Positions 1 through 4,683 of a stretch of DNA of 8,695 bases are shown here, piece after piece (the stretch's first letter is position 1; each line of letters opens with the position of its first letter). The notes under the pieces were generated by a model. That model searched no databases. It was not told the origin of the DNA and saw only the letters and a program-made list of their open reading frames with translations. A program made the translations under genes and the position numbers. Source of the DNA: an uncultured archaeon. GTDB taxonomy: Archaea > Iainarchaeota > Iainarchaeia > Iainarchaeales > 0-14-0-20-30-16. The stretch is from NCBI GenBank assembly GCA_964565725.1, contig CAZMGA010000021.1, positions 1 to 8,695 of the forward strand, in the 5' to 3' direction.

Positions 1-1139
1 CTGGAGGAGAGGAAATTTTAAAAGAAACTTATAAATTAACAGATCAAGGACAAAGAGAATTATGTTTAAGATATGAATTAACTTTTAAATTGGGAAAATT
101 AATTGCTTTAAATCCTACACTAAGATTACCATTAAAAAGATATGAAATAGGAAAAGTATTTAGAGATGGTCCAGTTAAAACAGGGAGACTAAGAGAATTT
201 ACTCAATGTGATGTTGATGTTGTTGGAATTAAAAACTTAGCATTAGATTCTGAGTTTATGAAAATGTCTTTTGATATATTTAATGAATTAGGTTTGCAAG
301 TCTATATACAAATTAATAATAGAAAATTATTATTTGGTTTATTTGCGAGTTGTAATATTGAAGAAAATGATTATATTGATGTTGCATTATCTTTAGATAA
401 ATTAGAAAAAATAGGCGAAAAAGAAGTTATAAAAGAATTAAGAGAAAAGAAAATAAAAGAACAAAGTATTGATGCATTATTTGATTTATTAAATGCTTCT
501 AATTCTATAAAAGAAAATAATAAAAAATTAGAATACTTAGAATCAAAATGTACAAATGAATTATTTAAAGAAGGTGCAAAAGAATTAAAAGAAATTTTTA
601 ATTATACTGAAGATTTAGGCATTAAAAAAGATTTTTATTTTATACCTATATTATCTAGAGGTTTAGGATATTATACTGGGCCTATGTGGGAAGTTTATTT
701 AAAAGATTCAAAAGTTAAATCAAGTGTTGCTGCAGGAGGTCGTTGGGATTCAATGGTAGCTAAATTTTTACAAAGCGATAGAGAATATCCTGCTTCGGGA
801 ATGACATTTGGGTTAGATGTTATTTATACTGCATTAATTGAAGATAATATTAAATTAGAAAACTTTACAAAAACACCTAAATTATTAATAATACCATTAG
901 ATAAATTAAATACTTGTTTATCAATAGCAAATACACTAAGAGAAAATAATATTTCAGTTAATATTGCTTATGATGATAAATTAAGTAAAGCGTTAGATTT
1001 TGCAAATAAAGAAGTTATACCATATGTTTTAGTTATAGGCAAAAAAGAAATTGAAAGTAAAATATATGGCTTAAAGAATATGATAACTGGCGAAACAAAA
1101 TTATTAACAGTAAATGATATTGTTAAAGAGCTTATTTGA
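1..1139 (+). CDS. hisS: Histidine--tRNA ligase (HisRS), 5'-truncated by the window edge; the frame is open from nt 3
   Basis: Frame 3 is open from nt 3 (GGEEILKETYKLTDQGQRELCLRYELTFKLGKL...). The TTG at nt 90 used by the ORF track is therefore internal, not the true start. Class II HisRS signatures are present: LRYELT, motif 2 YEIGKVFRDGPVKTGRLREFTQCDVDVVG, and the motif 3 region AAGGRWDSMV...ASGMTFGLD. The C-terminal anticodon-binding domain follows (LLIIPLD...IPYVLVIGKKEIE...LKNMITGE). Stop codon is TGA at 1137-1139. Confidence 0.9.
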   Translation, partial: GGEEILKETYKLTDQGQRELCLRYELTFKLGKLIALNPTLRLPLKRYEIGKVFRDGPVKTGRLREFTQCDVDVVGIKNLALDSEFMKMSFDIFNELGLQVYIQINNRKLLFGLFASCNIEENDYIDVALSLDKLEKIGEKEVIKELREKKIKEQSIDALFDLLNASNSIKENNKKLEYLESKCTNELFKEGAKELKEIFNYTEDLGIKKDFYFIPILSRGLGYYTGPMWEVYLKDSKVKSSVAAGGRWDSMVAKFLQSDREYPASGMTFGLDVIYTALIEDNIKLENFTKTPKLLIIPLDKLNTCLSIANTLRENNISVNIAYDDKLSKALDFANKEVIPYVLVIGKKEIESKIYGLKNMITGETKLLTVNDIVKELI

Positions 1140-2802
1140 CATTCAGATTAAAGAAATAATCATAAATTTCTTTTATCATAATAAGATCTGATTTATTTTT
1201 TTCAGTTATAATTTCTATTAACTCTTCCTTAGTCATACATTGTTTGCAACCCCTATTAGAAAATATTAAGTGATCAGTTAATAACCCTAAATGTTCCCCT
1301 CGATATAAAACTGACTTATTCTTACGATTAAACAAAGAATTATATAAATCATCCAATTTATAGGAATTACTTATTACACATTTTGATATTCTTTGACATA
1401 AGTCTATAAATTTCAAATTTGTTGTAATATTACTTCTAATTGCTTTTGAATCATAATTTGTCCAACAAAATACTTCCTGAATTTTATTTTTATTTAAATA
1501 ATTCAAAAATAAATCTTTTTCATCAGGATATTTAAATTGATTTAATTCATTTTTATAATACAGGCCTATTAAAAATAATCTTCCTGGAATTACACCTTTT
1601 GATAATCCTGTTTCTACATCTAAAAAACAAACATCTTTTAATCTAAGATTAATATTCTTAATTATTTTAAATCCAGATTCATTAAATCTATCTAAAATAT
1701 AATCATATTTAATATTTAACTTTGATAATAATTTAGAAACAAACTCAGTTTCTAAAATCTTAATATTTCCTTTTAATAATTCTGATTTAATTAATACTAA
1801 ATCCGATGATAATTCTGGTTTATCAGATATTATTTTTGTTAAATTAGATAATAAAGATGTCAAACCACGTGGTCTTTTTACTTCAAAATCTTTAAACTCT
1901 TTTATGTCAATAGAATAGTTATTTGTATCAATTATAGCATAATACCCGAAAGCGGGATCTATATCTTGTTGTGAAACATTAATGATTTTAATATTATTAT
2001 AATCTTTGATCATACCAGACCAAATGTGTGAATGGCCACAAATAACCAATTTAGGAGAATATAATTTAATTGAATCAAATAAATCTTTAGAACCAATATG
2101 ATCAACACCAAACCTAACAGATAAATCCAAAATTCCTTTTGGAGGTACATGGGACAAATAAATATCTGCATAAACATTTGGTTTATTTAATATTTGAGTA
2201 TCTAAACCATAACTACAATTAACCCCAAAAATTGATAATCCATTATATTTTATTAAACCATCAATAGGTGCCAATTTAAATTGTAAATATATTCCATAAT
2301 CTTTTGAGAAGTCATAATATGATGGATCTTTTAAAGTTATTTTGCCTTTTGACGTCTCAGATATTATTTTAGATTTAAGTTTATTTATAAAAATATTTTC
2401 TTGATTAATTCTAAAAAATAACTTTTTATCAAAAAAAATGACCGAATCATCATTACCTACAACATAAAAAAAAGAACGATTTAATAAAAAATCTGTTTTA
2501 TCGGGATAATCACTAAATGTTTTTTTCTTAAAATTATTATAAAAATGTATGAATTGTTCTCTAATATTTTTATTCTCACAAAAAATACTACTATTTATTG
2601 TATTTTTATTGAATTCTATAAAATGAGATTTAGTTTTTAAAAATAACTTTCTTTCTATCGGAACAATTCGCTTTAAATCATCACCAGCATACAATATAAT
2701 ATCTGGATTCTCTTCTAATATTATTGTTTTTAATTTATCTACATTTTGTACACGCCAATCTGAAAATGCAAATATTTTAATGTTTTTCACCCTCTGTAGC
2801 AT
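1132..2802 (-). CDS. Two-domain putative nuclease: N-terminal calcineurin-like metallophosphoesterase fused to a C-terminal RNase H-fold (YprB/DEDD-like) exonuclease domain
   Basis: 556-aa ORF with ATG at 2802-2800 and TAA at 1134-1132. The metallophosphoesterase motifs occur in the expected order: FAFSDWR (res 11-17), LYAGDD (37-42), VVGNDD (114-119), LSHVPP (216-221), ICGHSH (254-259). The C-terminal ~165 aa carry CFLDVETGL (392-400), LFLIGLYY, CWTNYDSKAI (446-455) and KNKSDLIMIKEIYDYF (535-550). This is the acidic-residue pattern of YprB-type RNase H-like (Pfam RNase_H_2-like) 3'-5' exonuclease domains. Domain calls are by eye only. Confidence 0.72.
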   Translation of the reverse strand: MLQRVKNIKIFAFSDWRVQNVDKLKTIILEENPDIILYAGDDLKRIVPIERKLFLKTKSHFIEFNKNTINSSIFCENKNIREQFIHFYNNFKKKTFSDYPDKTDFLLNRSFFYVVGNDDSVIFFDKKLFFRINQENIFINKLKSKIISETSKGKITLKDPSYYDFSKDYGIYLQFKLAPIDGLIKYNGLSIFGVNCSYGLDTQILNKPNVYADIYLSHVPPKGILDLSVRFGVDHIGSKDLFDSIKLYSPKLVICGHSHIWSGMIKDYNNIKIINVSQQDIDPAFGYYAIIDTNNYSIDIKEFKDFEVKRPRGLTSLLSNLTKIISDKPELSSDLVLIKSELLKGNIKILETEFVSKLLSKLNIKYDYILDRFNESGFKIIKNINLRLKDVCFLDVETGLSKGVIPGRLFLIGLYYKNELNQFKYPDEKDLFLNYLNKNKIQEVFCWTNYDSKAIRSNITTNLKFIDLCQRISKCVISNSYKLDDLYNSLFNRKNKSVLYRGEHLGLLTDHLIFSNRGCKQCMTKEELIEIITEKNKSDLIMIKEIYDYFFNLNVK

Positions 2803-3331
2803 GTAATAATTTTAATATTTCATTTGCAAATTTTTCTGCATGCATTGGACCTTCAGCAGTAACTATATTTTTATCTACAACTACAAAGTCTTTTGAATAA
2901 TCACAACCATATTGTTCTAATACTTTATCTGTATTTGCATTATATTCAGAATCAAATCCTAACCAACAAGTTGCTTTTTTATTTTTTAATATTCCAGACT
3001 TGGCTAAAATAGTTGGCGCCCAACAAATTGCACCTATAATTTTATTTAATTTATAAGCATTTTCTGCAATTAAAATAGTTTCTTTCTTTTTTCTAATTAT
3101 TGGTGTTCCAGCACCACCAACAAAAATAATTGCATCGTATTCTTTAATTTTTGGGATTATTTCTTCTAAAATTAATGATACTTTATAATCTAAACCAAAT
3201 GTACCTTTTGCTAAACCTTTTTGAGTACTTGCAACATCTATTTGTATATTAAATTTTTCAAATATTTCTTTTGGTTTTGAAAATTCCCAGTCCTGAAAAT
3301 TTCTAAATGCAATTATCATTAATAATTTCAT
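2777..3331 (-). CDS. DJ-1/PfpI family protein (class I glutamine amidotransferase-like fold)
   Basis: 184-aa ORF with ATG at 3331-3329 and TAA at 2779-2777. Family hallmarks are MIIAFRNFQDWEF (conserved acidic residue), YDAIIFVGGAG, the nucleophile elbow IGAICWAPTILAKSG (Cys103) and VVVDKNIVTAEGP. Its 3' end overlaps the start of the downstream fusion gene by 26 nt. Confidence 0.85.
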   Translation of the reverse strand: MKLLMIIAFRNFQDWEFSKPKEIFEKFNIQIDVASTQKGLAKGTFGLDYKVSLILEEIIPKIKEYDAIIFVGGAGTPIIRKKKETILIAENAYKLNKIIGAICWAPTILAKSGILKNKKATCWLGFDSEYNANTDKVLEQYGCDYSKDFVVVDKNIVTAEGPMHAEKFANEILKLLHATEGEKH

Positions 3332-3379
3332 AAAGAAATAAATACAAAACTATTTATAATTATATTACATATTATATTC
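3332..3379. promoter_or_regulatory. Divergent 48-nt promoter spacer with a single central TATA-like box, possibly used in both directions (leaderless transcripts)
   Basis: This is the only real intergenic gap in the window. TTTATAA at 3353-3359 is centred 25 nt from the minus-strand ATG (3331) and 24 nt from the plus-strand ATG (3380). An A-rich stretch (caaaac, 3345-3350) lies immediately 5' of the box on the + strand, which would fit a BRE. No Shine-Dalgarno-like purine tract precedes either start. Confidence 0.4.
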
Positions 3380-4528
3380 ATGGCTGAAGAAATTTATATT
3401 AATAAATTTGATAATTTAATTAAATCTATTGAAAACGAAAAGAAAAAAGGCAAAATCTTAATAGCACAACTAGCTCCAGCAGTTAGAATTACATTAGGGG
3501 AAGAATTTGGATATACTGTAGGAGAAGATTTAACAAAAAAATGTTTTAATATATTAAAACAATTAGGATTTGATTATGTTTTTGACACCCCATTAGGTGC
3601 AGATTTGGCTGTTTATGAAGAAGTTTGTATATTAAAACAATTATTAGACTCTAATGATAAAAGTTTTTTTCCATTATATAACTCTTGTTGTATAGGTTGG
3701 AAACAATATGCTAAACGAATGCATCCCTATTTAATGCCCCACATATCCTCAATTGGATCACCAAACCAGATTGTAGGGTCAATAGCTAAAAATTATTTTA
3801 ATAAAAAAATTAATAAAAAAGTTGAAGATATTATAGTTGTAGGAATTATGCCATGTACTTTAAAAAAATTTGAAACTTTAGATACATTTGATTACTTTGA
3901 AAATAATAAAAAAAAGAATTCTAAATTTGTAGATTATGTTATAACTACTGTAGAATTAGCACAATGGATCAAAAATAAAAATTTAGACTTTGAAAACATA
4001 AATGACATTGAAGTAATAAATACAGCATCAAGAGAAGGAACTATTTTTGGGGTAACTGGAGGCATAACAGAATCTATTTTAACAGCTTTTGCAAAATATA
4101 TAGGAGAAGAAAAAGAAATATTAGATTTTAGAGAAAATGAAGAATTACGAACCTATAAAGTAAAAATTGGGAAATATGAATTAAATGTTGCTATTGTTTT
4201 TGGGGTTAATCAAATAAATAAAATTTTAGAAAGAATTTCTAATGGAGAACAATATCATTTTGTTGAAATGATGTTTTGCCCTAATGGTTGTGTTGGTGGC
4301 CCAGGACAACCTATGGCATCAGAAAGTGTTTTAGAAGAAAGGGCCAAGGCTATGAGAAATTGTGCAGATAAAATTCACAGAAAAACTTGTTTTGATAATT
4401 CAGCTTTATTAAAAATTTATTCAGAATTAAATCTAAAACCAAATGATGAAAAAGTAAAGAATTTGTTTCATATAAAAGAAGAAAATATTAGAAAACCAAA
4501 AAAGATTTTAAGTTGGCCTATTGATTAA
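3380..4528 (+). CDS. hydA: [FeFe]-hydrogenase catalytic subunit, H-cluster domain only (ultraminimal, no accessory Fe-S domains)
   Basis: 382-aa ORF with ATG at 3380 and TAA at 4526-4528. It is colinear with the H-domain of clostridial HydA. Matching blocks are QLAPAVRITLGEEFG, FDTPLGADL and L1 NSCCIGW (Cys103/104, nt 3686-3691). They continue with SIGSPNQI, L2 MPCTLKKFE (Cys159, nt 3854-3856) and TIFGVTGGITES. The last two are L3 QYHFVEMMFCPNGCVGGPGQP (Cys300/304, nt 4277-4291) and the small-subunit-like tail NSALLKIYSELNLKP. There is no CxxCxxCxxxC ferredoxin motif anywhere in the protein. Confidence 0.9.
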   Translation: MAEEIYINKFDNLIKSIENEKKKGKILIAQLAPAVRITLGEEFGYTVGEDLTKKCFNILKQLGFDYVFDTPLGADLAVYEEVCILKQLLDSNDKSFFPLYNSCCIGWKQYAKRMHPYLMPHISSIGSPNQIVGSIAKNYFNKKINKKVEDIIVVGIMPCTLKKFETLDTFDYFENNKKKNSKFVDYVITTVELAQWIKNKNLDFENINDIEVINTASREGTIFGVTGGITESILTAFAKYIGEEKEILDFRENEELRTYKVKIGKYELNVAIVFGVNQINKILERISNGEQYHFVEMMFCPNGCVGGPGQPMASESVLEERAKAMRNCADKIHRKTCFDNSALLKIYSELNLKPNDEKVKNLFHIKEENIRKPKKILSWPID

Positions 4529-4530
4529 TT

Positions 4531-4629
4531 ATGAAATCAGATGTAATTTGTCCATATTGTAATACAGAATTAGAAATTAGTTGGAATATTGAAGATTTAG
4601 ATACTATTCTTAACTTTAATTGTCCCTAG
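4531..4629 (+). CDS. N-terminal zinc-ribbon segment (CPYC-x20-CP-TAG-C) ending at an in-frame TAG; it is in the same frame as the ORF at 4684-5481 and is probably its true 5' end
   Basis: ATG at 4531 lies 2 nt after the hydA stop. The translation is MKSDVICPYCNTELEISWNIEDLDTILNFNCP*CKKKFRYSSKFAELIGHILGILFII... The TAG (4627-4629) sits at the x position of the second CPxC knuckle. The frame then stays open straight into the transmembrane helix of the downstream ORF. Confidence 0.5.
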   Translation: MKSDVICPYCNTELEISWNIEDLDTILNFNCP

Positions 4630-4683
4630 TGTAAGAAAAAATTTAGATATTCTTCTAAATTTGCAGAATTAATAGGGCACATA

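Noticed and set aside
1137-1151. Possible TGA reassignment (code 4/25-like), since hisS ends in TGA and a TAA follows four codons later
   Set aside because: None of the roughly 2,800 codons of the long ORFs contains an in-frame TGA. A very AT-rich genome that used TGA as a sense codon would be expected to show some. The simplest reading is that TGA is an ordinary stop.
2431-2473. Two A8 homopolymer tracts inside the metallophosphoesterase gene (another lies near 5019-5026), considered as slippage or phase-variation switches
   Set aside because: Runs of this length are expected by chance at this A+T content. They encode ordinary Phe/Lys runs, the frames are intact, and they are not positioned near gene starts.
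3380-4528. The alternative reading of the hydrogenase-like ORF as a non-catalytic Nar1/NARF-type protein or a truncated gene fragment
   Set aside because: The L1, L2 and L3 motifs, Lys162, Met157/Met298, Ser123 and the relay Cys103 are all present, which favours a true hydrogenase. The ORF has a clean ATG directly after a promoter-like spacer and a full C-terminal small-subunit-like tail, so it is not a fragment. The subgroup (A, B or C) cannot be assigned without phylogeny.
4627-4629. Pyrrolysine or another dedicated amino acid encoded by the in-frame TAG
   Set aside because: The window contains no pyl genes and no suppressor tRNA. The position is a variable residue of a zinc knuckle with no catalytic role. 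TAG also appears to terminate the FkbM gene. This cannot be fully excluded without the genome, but a mutation or sequencing error is more parsimonious.
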